From the IMG/VR virus record IMGVR_UViG_3300045988_181101: a stretch of 64,000 nt of DNA. One strand, given 5' to 3'. Shown piece by piece: positions 8,329-17,512 of this stretch. The DNA comes from a virus. A model generated the notes under the pieces. It was not told the origin of the DNA, made no database searches, and saw only the letters and a list, made by a program, of their open reading frames with translations. The position numbers and the translations under genes were made by a program. The stretch's first letter is position 1; the number at the start of each line of letters is the position of its first letter.

Positions 8329-8864
8329 TACTCCAATTGTTTATGATATGAACTTACTTCCATTGTAGACATCAAATTTTGAATTCTTGAAATTCTTTCC
8401 CAATCCTCCAAAGTAAGTGTTTTATGTTCATTATCTTCTTGATTGTGAGAAATTTCATTTTTAGAAATAAATGCATCAAATAAATCATTCAAAGATGATT
8501 TCATAATTTTACTCCATTCCTTACGATAGAATTCAAACATTCCTTTAAGATCTATATACTCGATACGTGTTAAATCAAACTCAATTATATTAGGTCTTGA
8601 TTTACTTGTAAAATAAGATATCTTTTTGTTGTTTGTAACTTTAGCATAACATTGAAACAACAATTGTTTATCAAACTTATTATTGTATTTGATTTTAAAT
8701 ACATATCGCTTTTTCTCTTCTTTAAAAAGATCTTCAATGTTTACATTATGAAGTTTACATAGATTTTCAAGTACATGTTTAGCATTAGATGCTTCACCAT
8801 CAAGTCCTCTATCAACAAGCTCTTTAAGTTTGATTATTTTGTCTATAATTTTATCGTATTCCAT
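8328..8864 (-). CDS. hypothetical protein
   Basis: ATG-initiated ORF. Confidence 0.5.
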   Translation of the reverse strand: MEYDKIIDKIIKLKELVDRGLDGEASNAKHVLENLCKLHNVNIEDLFKEEKKRYVFKIKYNNKFDKQLLFQCYAKVTNNKKISYFTSKSRPNIIEFDLTRIEYIDLKGMFEFYRKEWSKIMKSSLNDLFDAFISKNEISHNQEDNEHKTLTLEDWERISRIQNLMSTMEVSSYHKQLE

Positions 8865-8866
8865 AA

Positions 8867-9154
8867 TTACAATTTTATCTTTTGAGTGTAAATAAGTTCA
8901 CCTCTATATCCTCGTGAAATCAATTCATCCATTAATTGTCTTGGAGTGAAATCTTTTAATTTAGGATTACCATTTTCAAGATTACTTATTCTTTCTTTTC
9001 GTCTTGCAGTTCTCTTTTGAGCATAATTTTGGTTTTGCTTTTTTTGACAATCCCTACAATAAGCCTGAAGTCCATCAGGACGACTTGAATTTTTACTAAA
9101 AGAATCTAACGGTAAAATTCTTTCACAACGTGGGCAAAGTTTAGTTTCTTCCAT
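8867..9154 (-). CDS. stand-alone Zn-ribbon protein related to the N-terminal module of the HNH family in this window
   Basis: CPRCERILPLDSFSKNSSRPDGLQAYCRDCQKK parallels CSHCRRELSLDHFNKCKSCSDGLEAQCKDCKK of 32706..33446; no HNH domain follows. Confidence 0.55.
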   Translation of the reverse strand: MEETKLCPRCERILPLDSFSKNSSRPDGLQAYCRDCQKKQNQNYAQKRTARRKERISNLENGNPKLKDFTPRQLMDELISRGYRGELIYTQKIKL

Positions 9155-9230
9155 GACTATTCTTATTTAAAATTTATACATTATTTCTATAATTCTTCAA
9201 TTTTTTAGTTGTCCTTTTCTTTTGATATTG

Positions 9231-9261
9231 TAAAGATACGACTTATTTTGGAGATAACAAA
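9231..9261 (-). promoter_or_regulatory. candidate promoter (TTTG-N19-TATCTTTA)
   Basis: Minus strand TTTG-N19-GTATCTTTACA; 38 of 40 nt identical to the cassette upstream of ligA. Confidence 0.5.
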
Positions 9262-9350
9262 CGTTTATCTATATTTATGGTCGAAATTAAAGTTTATTAA
9301 GAAAGGACAACTTGTTTCACAACAAATCGCCCTTGAAACTAATTAAATAA

Positions 9351-9782
9351 TCATGGCTTGACAAAATAAAGGATTTTTGTTTCTTTTATATCTACAACTC
9401 TTGCAGTACAATAGTTTTCAGTTAATTCCTCTGAAGCAATTCTATTAGCTTCTTCAGTATCTTTTGCTTGGATCAAATAATTTATATTGTAAACCTTTTC
9501 TTTACCTTTTTCATTTATTTCAATCCAAACTCCTTTTACTACGTAATAAGAACCTTCTTTATCTTCATTAGGAATAAATCGAAATACATTCAACTCTTTG
9601 ATAGGTGAAATTTCAAAGTCTACATTTATATTTTCTTCACCCCATTTTGTAGCAAGTGCTTCAGCTTCAGTATAATTTACAGCTTCACAAGCTATGACGT
9701 TGGTGAACTTCTTAATTTTCATTGATGTTGAATTTTCATCTACATCATAGTACGTCAATGTTATTTCGAAAAACTTATCCAT
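9351..9782 (-). CDS. hypothetical protein
   Basis: ATG-initiated ORF overlapping the 3' end of the DpdA-like gene by 8 nt. Confidence 0.5.
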   Translation of the reverse strand: MDKFFEITLTYYDVDENSTSMKIKKFTNVIACEAVNYTEAEALATKWGEENINVDFEISPIKELNVFRFIPNEDKEGSYYVVKGVWIEINEKGKEKVYNINYLIQAKDTEEANRIASEELTENYCTARVVDIKETKILYFVKP

Positions 9783-10563
9783 TGTTATTGCAACATTTCT
9801 TCAAATATCGAACATTTGATTCGATAAGTTCCATTTGTTCTTCTTTGATTTCTTTTTCAAAATAATCTGAAGGTGTAGGAATACGTTCGAACTTCTCTAC
9901 TTTTTCAATATCTTGTCCATTTATTGCTGCAAGTATTGGATAACAACTATCTGTAGACCTAAAGATTTTCTCATTCTTATAAGGAATAAATTCTTTAGGA
10001 TCACCTTGTCCAAGAAAATGAAGAGGTTTCGACAATGAATTGTATGATTTCAATTTTGATACAACTTTACTTCTTGCAAATGCAATGTTATCTGTATTCA
10101 TTATATGTGGAATAGCTTTCTTACTCATTCCAATACAAGAAACATATCTATTCCACATAAAGAATTTATAACAATCATACCAATCTTCCCAATTTTTACC
10201 TTGAGGACAAGCAAGAATTGTCGTATTTAACAACTTTCCTTTTAATCTTGCTTCTTTCATCCATTCTAAGAATTGATTGAAATTGATTAATGTCTGTTTT
10301 CTATCGAACAATACGTCAAGAGGTATTACTTCATTAGGTTCTAATTCAAGTGTCAATTGAAATAATTCTTCATTAGTCAATATTTCACCTTCTTCTCCTG
10401 TACCATTATCAAGTATAGTAAAACGACCTTGTTTGATTGCTTCCTTTACATATTCACGATATCGTTCATTTTTTTTATAATATTGACCTATAATATAGAG
10501 ATTATTATCTCCTAACTCACTTAAATTTAGGTGTTTCATAGGAGGAGTTAAAAATATTTTCAT
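9775..10563 (-). CDS. dpdA: DpdA-like (tRNA-guanine transglycosylase superfamily) DNA transglycosylase, putative
   Basis: KPLHFLGQGDPKEFI...IFRSTDSCYPILAA resembles the TGT-family LMGVG-P...FDCV-PT segment; ILDNGTGEEG earlier in the protein; folE, queD and queE co-occur in the same genome segment. Confidence 0.55.
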   Translation of the reverse strand: MKIFLTPPMKHLNLSELGDNNLYIIGQYYKKNERYREYVKEAIKQGRFTILDNGTGEEGEILTNEELFQLTLELEPNEVIPLDVLFDRKQTLINFNQFLEWMKEARLKGKLLNTTILACPQGKNWEDWYDCYKFFMWNRYVSCIGMSKKAIPHIMNTDNIAFARSKVVSKLKSYNSLSKPLHFLGQGDPKEFIPYKNEKIFRSTDSCYPILAAINGQDIEKVEKFERIPTPSDYFEKEIKEEQMELIESNVRYLKKCCNNNG

Positions 10564-11204
10564 TTTAAAGATTCTTTTATATTGTTAATAATTTCTTCAA
10601 CATTATCTGGAATTTTTGCATTTTTAATTCCTGAATTCTCATATCTCCACAATGGTTGTAAGTTTTTATAATTGAAACAAATTCTTAATTGTGTTTCATC
10701 TAATAAATTAAAATAACTTCTTGGAACAATATGATCAACTGCCCAACCATCTTTTCCACCATAATTTTCCCAACTCATTCCTTCTTTAAATTGAGATTCA
10801 AGATGTCGTTTTAAATGTTCGATTGAACAACCAAGAAGGTCGAGTATGCTTTTATACCAATTACATTTATCAGGATTAGCTGGAGGAACATTCAATGCTT
10901 TGTAGAGTCTATTCATATATAACATCGAAGTTCTATAATTTTCATCTAAAAATCTCTTTTTACTTCTTCGAGATTCTGCACCAGTTTCCTGTCGTTTTTG
11001 TCGAATCTTCTTTTGAGAAATTCTTCCTTTTTCCGATTGTCTATATTTTTTATCAGCTAATTTTCCTTTCTCTGAATATTTATAACGAAATTTAGCAATC
11101 ATAGAACATTCTTTGCAAATATAATATAAACCATCTTTATACGATCTACATTTAAAGAATTCTGATTCGTCTTTATTTTTACAACATTTAGGACAATATT
11201 TCAT
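10560..11204 (-). CDS. HNH homing endonuclease with N-terminal Zn ribbon (paralogue 1)
   Basis: CPKCCKNK...DGLYYICKECS; WENYGGKDGWAVDHIVP...NYKNLQPLWRYENSGIKN; free-standing between the dpdA-like gene and the T-fold/kinase gene. Confidence 0.85.
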   Translation of the reverse strand: MKYCPKCCKNKDESEFFKCRSYKDGLYYICKECSMIAKFRYKYSEKGKLADKKYRQSEKGRISQKKIRQKRQETGAESRRSKKRFLDENYRTSMLYMNRLYKALNVPPANPDKCNWYKSILDLLGCSIEHLKRHLESQFKEGMSWENYGGKDGWAVDHIVPRSYFNLLDETQLRICFNYKNLQPLWRYENSGIKNAKIPDNVEEIINNIKESLK

Positions 11205-11251
11205 AAATTAAAATTCTAAATGATCTATAGGTGGCGTTACAAATGCTTTCA

Positions 11252-12142
11252 TTATACTTCCTCCGTTCTAATAATAAGACAATTAGGTTGATCAATACAC
11301 CAAGTGATTAATTCGTTTATGCCAAGTGATTCGTCACCATTTTCAATTTCTTCAAATGTAAGACCTTTATTCTTTTCTTTATCAACAAGTTTTTCAAATC
11401 TTTCTTTTCTTATTTCATTTGAAGCAGATAAATATATTATATTATAATCCAAATGAAGATGATTTAACTCACAAAGATACAACATTTGCTCTATAACAGA
11501 TTTTTGTCTACAACCAACTATATAGACGTGTGCATCTGAAGTTACTTTTGTTAAAATATGAAATATTCTTTTAGCTATTTCCTTAGAAAGGAATCCTTCG
11601 AAAATACGTTTTTCTTCTTGTTTGATTTTTCTTACAATCTCTCCAACCTCTACTGTTACACATCCAACCTCTTTTATCTTCTCATTAACATAATAAGATT
11701 TTCCTGAAAAAGCTTTTCCAACAACAAAAGTAACTAACGGTAATTTGTTATTATCTTCTTTTTCTTGTTTAATATTATCACATTCTTCTTTTTCAACTAC
11801 AGCATAGTTTTCACCATCTTCACTTACTTCAACACTATCAAAATCAAATTCCTTAAGTAATTGTTTTGCAATCATTTCACACGACATGGAACCGAAATCA
11901 TAACATTCACAATGTGATTCAAATACTGGAAAATTTTGATTTATATATTGTTTTACTTTTCTTCTTAACAATATAAACTCTTCATCACGATTATCATGAT
12001 TAACCCGTTTTTTACAGTTAAATTTAAAAATATGTCTGTGAGATTGTTCTAAAAACTTCACTAAATCACCATGATTTTTTGATGCATCCGGATAATTATG
12101 AAATCCTTCTACTTCAAAACGAATTCCTACAAATGTTTTCAT
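11252..12142 (-). CDS. two-domain protein: N-terminal PTPS/QueD-like (T-fold?) domain fused to a P-loop dNMP-kinase-like domain
   Basis: N-terminus FEVEGFHNYPDA...SHRHIFKF...SCE (His-x-His plus Cys-Glu, reminiscent of PTPS/QueD). C-terminus has Walker A GKAFSGKS and YIVGCRQKSVIEQM, reminiscent of T4 gp1-type kinases. Assignment by eye only. Confidence 0.4.
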   Translation of the reverse strand: MKTFVGIRFEVEGFHNYPDASKNHGDLVKFLEQSHRHIFKFNCKKRVNHDNRDEEFILLRRKVKQYINQNFPVFESHCECYDFGSMSCEMIAKQLLKEFDFDSVEVSEDGENYAVVEKEECDNIKQEKEDNNKLPLVTFVVGKAFSGKSYYVNEKIKEVGCVTVEVGEIVRKIKQEEKRIFEGFLSKEIAKRIFHILTKVTSDAHVYIVGCRQKSVIEQMLYLCELNHLHLDYNIIYLSASNEIRKERFEKLVDKEKNKGLTFEEIENGDESLGINELITWCIDQPNCLIIRTEEV

Positions 12143-12151
12143 ATCGAATTT

Positions 12152-12415
12152 TTAATACGTTAATTTAAACCTTCTTTTAATTTCATCTTTATTAGAAATA
12201 TTGTAGATCAAACAATAATCTTTTTTCTTCATCTGACAAAATTGAACAGGACCTTTATAAATACATTTTCCATCAAGAAATAATCTCATAATTTTTTCAC
12301 CATTAATATTTTTATTACGTGAAGCCTTTTTAATAATTTCTTTTGGAACTTTATCATCTATCCAACCGTTTTTGTGATAGATAAAATCTTTCAAATTAGG
12401 AGATAGTTCTTTCAT
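12152..12415 (-). CDS. hypothetical protein
   Basis: ATG-initiated ORF. Confidence 0.45.
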   Translation of the reverse strand: MKELSPNLKDFIYHKNGWIDDKVPKEIIKKASRNKNINGEKIMRLFLDGKCIYKGPVQFCQMKKKDYCLIYNISNKDEIKRRFKLTY

Positions 12416-12713
12416 AATAAATATAATGTCCTGTAGGAGAGTTTTTACGATATTCGTATTCTTTAACTTCTTGTTCGTCTAAAGCATTCATTATAATATC
12501 AATAATTTCATCTTCTTTACCTTGTGGTACTTCAATTGAAATCTTCTCTTTTCTCTTCTTACTTTCAATAGTTAAATTAACAGTAGAGGTTTGATTTTTA
12601 AGTTCTGCCTTCTCTTTGATTTTTAAACATTCTTTCTCAAATTGATCTAATTTTGATCTTTGTTCTTCAATCCACTTTAATTGCTCTTCAACTAATTTAA
12701 TTTCTTTTGCCAT
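12396..12713 (-). CDS. hypothetical coiled-coil protein
   Basis: ATG-initiated ORF preceded by a promoter-like motif. Confidence 0.45.
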   Translation of the reverse strand: MAKEIKLVEEQLKWIEEQRSKLDQFEKECLKIKEKAELKNQTSTVNLTIESKKRKEKISIEVPQGKEDEIIDIIMNALDEQEVKEYEYRKNSPTGHYIYYERTIS

Positions 12714-12739
12714 AATTGTAATGTTTTTAATTGTTTATC

Positions 12740-12747
12740 TAAAGATA
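12740..12747 (-). promoter_or_regulatory. candidate -7-like box TATCTTTA
   Basis: Minus strand CCTATCTTTAGATAAAC, 26 nt upstream of ATG 12713; no clean TTG at N19-21. Confidence 0.35.
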
Positions 12748-12798
12748 GGACTAATTCATAATAAACACTACTATTAGGTCCATACGAATTAGTCCTAT
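12745..12798 (-). terminator. 13-bp perfect inverted repeat downstream of the RNR gene (terminator or regulatory hairpin)
   Basis: ataggactaattc (12745-12757) pairs with gaattagtcctat (12786-12798), 28-nt loop; the promoter-proximal arm overlaps the TATCTTTA box. Confidence 0.4.
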
Positions 12799-12808
12799 TG
12801 AGACACAG

Positions 12809-15136
12809 TTATCTTAATTCACATGCTCCTCCACTGCAAGCTGTAGCTACATTCTCACCTACATTCTTATATTCTTGTTCCCATTGAACATTCTCCCAAT
12901 CAACAGGTTTTTGATTTTTAATTTTCTGCCATTGATGGAATATATTGACATGCTTCAAACAACAAGAACACTTTTTATCATCACCATTAAAATGATTTTT
13001 AGAGAATTTCTTGAATCTACGTACCCAATCATTTCTAAGTTCTACTTTATGTTGTAAATGAGATGAAATTGCATTTACATCACTAACATAAAGTCCATCT
13101 ATATTGACAAGAAGTTTACCATCTTTCATATGTTTCTTAATAAAAGAAAGTAAATACTCATCAGTATAAGTAAGTAAATCATCTGCCTTACCTGTAGCTG
13201 CATTGCATGCTGTCCATATGTCACCAAATACTTGTAATCCATCTACAATAAGACCTGATGAGAGTATTGCGCCTTGTCCATAAGTTTCAGCTAATTCTTT
13301 TTCATTAAGATAAGAAGTATAAGGAGCTTGAGGATAATCAAGATCACCTGTTTCAGGCAAAAAACTTAATCCACAAAATCCTTCTCTGTGTTCCCAAATC
13401 CAATCAGCAATTTCCTTCCATTCATTATCTCTAACAGAAACTGTGCAACTTATATTATGATGATATTTAGGTTTAAGAATAGATGAAGGATGTTCTTTAT
13501 TAGTGCCTTCCATTATCCAACCTTTTTCAGTAGTATAAATCCTATAAAGAAAATCAAGAGTACTAAAATCTGTACGAACCATTGTTTTATCATCAAGTTC
13601 AATGGGAAATGATAAAACAGTTTCGTTCTTTTTATTCCAAAAAGAAGGATTAGAAATTTCAGAATTTACTTTTAAAATCTCTTTTAATGCTTGTTCATTG
13701 TTATTTGCTTGAATATTACGAATATACTTTCTAAAATGATAAGCATGAATACCAGATCCACAACCAAGTAATTGTGAAGCATTTCCTGAAGGTTTAATTA
13801 CAGTTGTACGTGCAGCTTCATTTATTCCAAGTATGTTAGCAACTTCTTTATTAGTTTCTTTGACAATTCGTGCACCATTTATTTGAATTCTTTCGTTAAA
13901 CAAAATTCGAGGATTATCTGCCATGCCTGTAATACCTACACCAAGCAAAGCATCACGTTCCATAATCTTTTTTGTTGCTTCTGAAAGTAGAGGAAGATTT
14001 TCAGTATATGCTGCTTGAAATGTTCCTAATATAGCTGCTGTACGACATGCTTTATAAAAATCCTGCTCGGTTTCAATTTTCTTTCCATTGATTTCACATA
14101 AATTACAAAAGGACCATCCGTATTCTTTACTACCGTCAGAATTTATGTACATTGGATATAATAATGCTTCTGCACAAGGATTTATAACTGCTTCAGTATC
14201 AGGCATAAATAACAATCCAGGTTCTCCATATTGTTGAATATATTCAAAAATTTTGTCATATTTTTCCTTTGGAGTATCTTCATAAATAGCTACAGAATTA
14301 TTGCATCTACATAATTCAGGATAAGTTAAGAACCAATCTCCTGTTTTACATTGCAACATTTCTTCATCATCTATATCAAATATAGAGATCATTGCACTTC
14401 TTCTAATACCACCACTTATAACAGCGTCTGCAATTATACACGATATTAAATGAAGTTCAAATGGTCTTAATTTTCTACCTTTTGCTTTACTTAGAATCTT
14501 CCGTAATTTATTATGACAAATTTTTAATGGCTCAGGACCTGGAGCTTTAAATCCGCCTGACACAAAAGCACCTTCAGGTCTTATCTGTGAATAATCAAAT
14601 TCAATATCCGGACATCCTTTATAATATGCTTCAATTAAATCTCCCACAGAATTTGCCCATCCTTCAATTGAATCTTCTATTATAGAATAAATTTTAGGGA
14701 TATCATTTGCAACTCCTTTAATAATAGGAAGTTGTTCTATATGAACTTTTTGAACTGAAAATCCAGTACCACACCCACTTAATAAGAGTTCCATTAACTC
14801 TTTAAAGAATTCAATTCTATTACAATAACTTCCTGAACAATTAAAAGACCTAAAATTATTTTTCAATAATTGTGGTCCTCCATATTGAAGAGATCTTTGA
14901 GAACCAAGAATTTCTTGATTATTATATGATACCCAAGCTTCTTGGAAAACTTTGTTAAATGCATCTTTATTTTCTTCTTTGATCTTACCATCAAAAAATT
15001 GATAATGCATTTCCATTACTCTACTTACTGCTTCTTCCCAAGTCTCTTTTTTACCATCAGGCTTAACACGAGAATATTTACTGTAAAAAATATAGTCAGA
15101 AATTATATCCCGACTATCTACACGTTCATTACTCAT
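12809..15136 (-). CDS. nrdJ: class II (adenosylcobalamin-dependent) ribonucleotide reductase, RTPR-like
   Basis: 775 aa; NPCAE catalytic-Cys motif; GCGTGFSVQ; KPSGNASQL; C-terminal Cys pair CSGGACELR; the N-terminus YSKYSR...ETWEEAVSRV resembles monomeric RTPR. Confidence 0.8.
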   Translation of the reverse strand: MSNERVDSRDIISDYIFYSKYSRVKPDGKKETWEEAVSRVMEMHYQFFDGKIKEENKDAFNKVFQEAWVSYNNQEILGSQRSLQYGGPQLLKNNFRSFNCSGSYCNRIEFFKELMELLLSGCGTGFSVQKVHIEQLPIIKGVANDIPKIYSIIEDSIEGWANSVGDLIEAYYKGCPDIEFDYSQIRPEGAFVSGGFKAPGPEPLKICHNKLRKILSKAKGRKLRPFELHLISCIIADAVISGGIRRSAMISIFDIDDEEMLQCKTGDWFLTYPELCRCNNSVAIYEDTPKEKYDKIFEYIQQYGEPGLLFMPDTEAVINPCAEALLYPMYINSDGSKEYGWSFCNLCEINGKKIETEQDFYKACRTAAILGTFQAAYTENLPLLSEATKKIMERDALLGVGITGMADNPRILFNERIQINGARIVKETNKEVANILGINEAARTTVIKPSGNASQLLGCGSGIHAYHFRKYIRNIQANNNEQALKEILKVNSEISNPSFWNKKNETVLSFPIELDDKTMVRTDFSTLDFLYRIYTTEKGWIMEGTNKEHPSSILKPKYHHNISCTVSVRDNEWKEIADWIWEHREGFCGLSFLPETGDLDYPQAPYTSYLNEKELAETYGQGAILSSGLIVDGLQVFGDIWTACNAATGKADDLLTYTDEYLLSFIKKHMKDGKLLVNIDGLYVSDVNAISSHLQHKVELRNDWVRRFKKFSKNHFNGDDKKCSCCLKHVNIFHQWQKIKNQKPVDWENVQWEQEYKNVGENVATACSGGACELR

Positions 15137-15160
15137 TATAACTTACTTAAAAATTTAACA

Positions 15161-15511
15161 TTAATCTTCAATTGTAGGTTGTATTATACAGATTGGTAAT
15201 GCAGGGTATTGAAATACAAGAGGAATTCTTTCTCTATCAACACCTTGTCCACCTTTAAATGCAACCTTAGCAATTATCGTGTTAAATATACTCTTTTTTA
15301 TTGTAAGATATAGAGGTTCAGGTTTATAATTTTCGTCTTTTTGCACTTTTATTTTTTGAATTTGTAAGTGTGTTTGTAATGCTTCTTCACTTGGTATAAA
15401 TTCTTCCAATTCTTTTATCTTATTAGCGTTTACAAGCGTTACATTACTTAACACTTTTTCACCATAATTTTTATAAGTGTATATAGGTATATACATTTTT
15501 GGTTTTTTCAT
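15161..15511 (-). CDS. hypothetical protein (start trimmed to first ATG)
   Basis: The track start 15535 is a TTG inside the helicase gene; the first ATG is at 15509-15511. Confidence 0.45.
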   Translation of the reverse strand: MKKPKMYIPIYTYKNYGEKVLSNVTLVNANKIKELEEFIPSEEALQTHLQIQKIKVQKDENYKPEPLYLTIKKSIFNTIIAKVAFKGGQGVDRERIPLVFQYPALPICIIQPTIED

Positions 15512-15522
15512 TTTTCTTAATT

Positions 15523-16992
15523 TTATATTAAACAATAAATTAACTCATTTCTCGCTCTTGTAATAGCTACAAATTTCAAACAATATTCACTATAAAGAGC
15601 TTCTTGTGATATTGCATATTGACTTGGAATCAAATTAGGATTTAAAAAGAATACTCTATCAGCTTCTAATCCTTTTGATTTGTGAATTGTACTTAAAATA
15701 ATACCGTCAGTATCTTCATCTGTATAAATCTTTAAAACATGTTCTTTCAATTTATTTACATCCTTCCAAATAGAATATAATCTCATTATAATAGCACATT
15801 TTTCAAGCAAATTAACATAAGATGGATTATTAATTGCAATATTATGAGGAATGCCTTTATCAAGTAACGATTGAAGTTTTTCTTCTTTAAGAATTTCAAG
15901 ATCGTCTATATACTTGATCTTTTCTAAAAGTCTACATAAAGATTCTCCAAAATCTCTTCCCTTAATACTTGATCTTTTACCAAGCTCCAATAACTTAATA
16001 AATACTTCTATTAAAGGTAAATTATTTCTACATAAAATAAAGTCACCATTTTGTGCTTCTTCAAAATCACCGTTTCTTACTATACCTTCTTTAGCATTAG
16101 GTGCAGCTACGATTCCACTTGAAAAAACTTTCTGTGCTTCTTCTACAATCTTCTTAGAACATCTATAAGTAATATCGAGAGGTAAGGTTGTTGTGTTAGG
16201 AAGTTGTTGAAGTAATCTAAAATTTGTTACACTGGACCCTGAAAATTGGTAAATGCACTGTTTTTCGTCGCCCACGGAAATTAATCTGCCAAATTTTGGT
16301 TTTATAAATCTTAAAGTCAATTCTCTTTGAAGAACATTTTGATCCTGTGTTTCATCTATAAACACAACATCATATTTAGGAAAATCATCTTCGTCTAATA
16401 AAATATAAGGTAAATAAAGCATATCGGTGAAATCCATTTGAAATTCTTTATTACTGTCAATCAACTTAGAATTCTTATGCCAATAATATTCTATATCCTT
16501 AATATCTTGTATCATTCTATCATAGAAATCAAAGTCTTTATCTAAACAGATGTTTTGTATATCGTTTTCATAATCTACAAGTAAATTAATTCTTATTTGA
16601 TTCCATATTTCTTGTAAAGAAAAGATATACCTCGTTTGTTGATTGAAAGGAACTTCGTCTTCTTTATCAAACTTCAAAATCTTTTTACAAAGTTGAAAAC
16701 ATTTATTTTCATTTATCTTCAATTGAAATTTAAAGTTAGAATATAATGTTCTCAATCCTTTTGAATGAAAAGTGCTAACATCAATTCTATCAGGAACTTT
16801 TGTTTTTAATTCTTCAGCAATACTTTTGTTAAAAGCCATAAATAAAACTTTTTTTGTAGGTGAAGTTCTTCTACAACATTCAATAATAGTAGCCGATTTC
16901 CCTGCTCCGGCTGTAGCACTAATCATTATATTATTCCGAGTCCTTTCGTATTCATCAAAAATAGCTTCTTGTCTATCACTCCATTTTACCAT
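15523..16992 (-). CDS. UvrD/Rep/PcrA-like superfamily 1 DNA helicase
   Basis: Walker A SATAGAGKSAT, motif II VFIDETQDQN, motif VI STIHKSKGLEADRVF, C-terminal VAITRAR. Confidence 0.9.
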   Translation of the reverse strand: MVKWSDRQEAIFDEYERTRNNIMISATAGAGKSATIIECCRRTSPTKKVLFMAFNKSIAEELKTKVPDRIDVSTFHSKGLRTLYSNFKFQLKINENKCFQLCKKILKFDKEDEVPFNQQTRYIFSLQEIWNQIRINLLVDYENDIQNICLDKDFDFYDRMIQDIKDIEYYWHKNSKLIDSNKEFQMDFTDMLYLPYILLDEDDFPKYDVVFIDETQDQNVLQRELTLRFIKPKFGRLISVGDEKQCIYQFSGSSVTNFRLLQQLPNTTTLPLDITYRCSKKIVEEAQKVFSSGIVAAPNAKEGIVRNGDFEEAQNGDFILCRNNLPLIEVFIKLLELGKRSSIKGRDFGESLCRLLEKIKYIDDLEILKEEKLQSLLDKGIPHNIAINNPSYVNLLEKCAIIMRLYSIWKDVNKLKEHVLKIYTDEDTDGIILSTIHKSKGLEADRVFFLNPNLIPSQYAISQEALYSEYCLKFVAITRARNELIYCLI

Positions 16993-16998
16993 AATTAT

Positions 16999-17475
16999 TT
17001 AATTTTTAATATCTTCTTTGTAATTATCAAATTGTTTATAGTCAGCAAGTAAATCTGCAACAGCATTACCAAACACAATAGGATCATCTAAATTCTTTCC
17101 ATGTCCTGGAGTCCAATTTATTCTTATTCGCACTTTTTTATCAAGTCTCTGTAGCTCATTATAAACTTCTCTCCATAAATCTTGATTTTCAATATCTTCA
17201 AAATCTTTAGAAGCAATATCAATAATTGTTCTCATACCATTGACAACATATTGACTATCACTCCATATTGTAACAAGAAGAGGTTTTTCATTATTCAAAG
17301 ATTTTAATGCTAAAAGAATTGCTCTAAGTTCACATCTACTTATGGTCGTATTCTCATAACCTTCCTGAATAAAATATTCGTTACCATTCCATTGTATATA
17401 AACTCCTGAACCTCCTTTACGAAGTTTCCAATAACAACTACCGTCACAAAAGATTGTCACTTGCTCTCTTTTCAT
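16999..17475 (-). CDS. rnhA: ribonuclease H (type 1)
   Basis: IFCDGSC...NTTISRCELRAILLAL...IWSDSQYV...WTPGHG...NAVADLLA. The first five track residues (start 17490 through VSLS) are read from the promoter motif, so the start is set at ATG 17473-17475. Confidence 0.85.
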   Translation of the reverse strand: MKREQVTIFCDGSCYWKLRKGGSGVYIQWNGNEYFIQEGYENTTISRCELRAILLALKSLNNEKPLLVTIWSDSQYVVNGMRTIIDIASKDFEDIENQDLWREVYNELQRLDKKVRIRINWTPGHGKNLDDPIVFGNAVADLLADYKQFDNYKEDIKN

Positions 17476-17478
17476 ACT

Positions 17479-17486
17479 TAAAGATA
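17479..17486 (-). promoter_or_regulatory. candidate -7-like box TATCTTTA only 3 nt upstream of the RNase H ATG
   Basis: Minus strand GGTATCTTTAAGTATG. Confidence 0.35.
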
Positions 17487-17512
17487 CCAATTATTTATCT
17501 TCTAATATCAAT

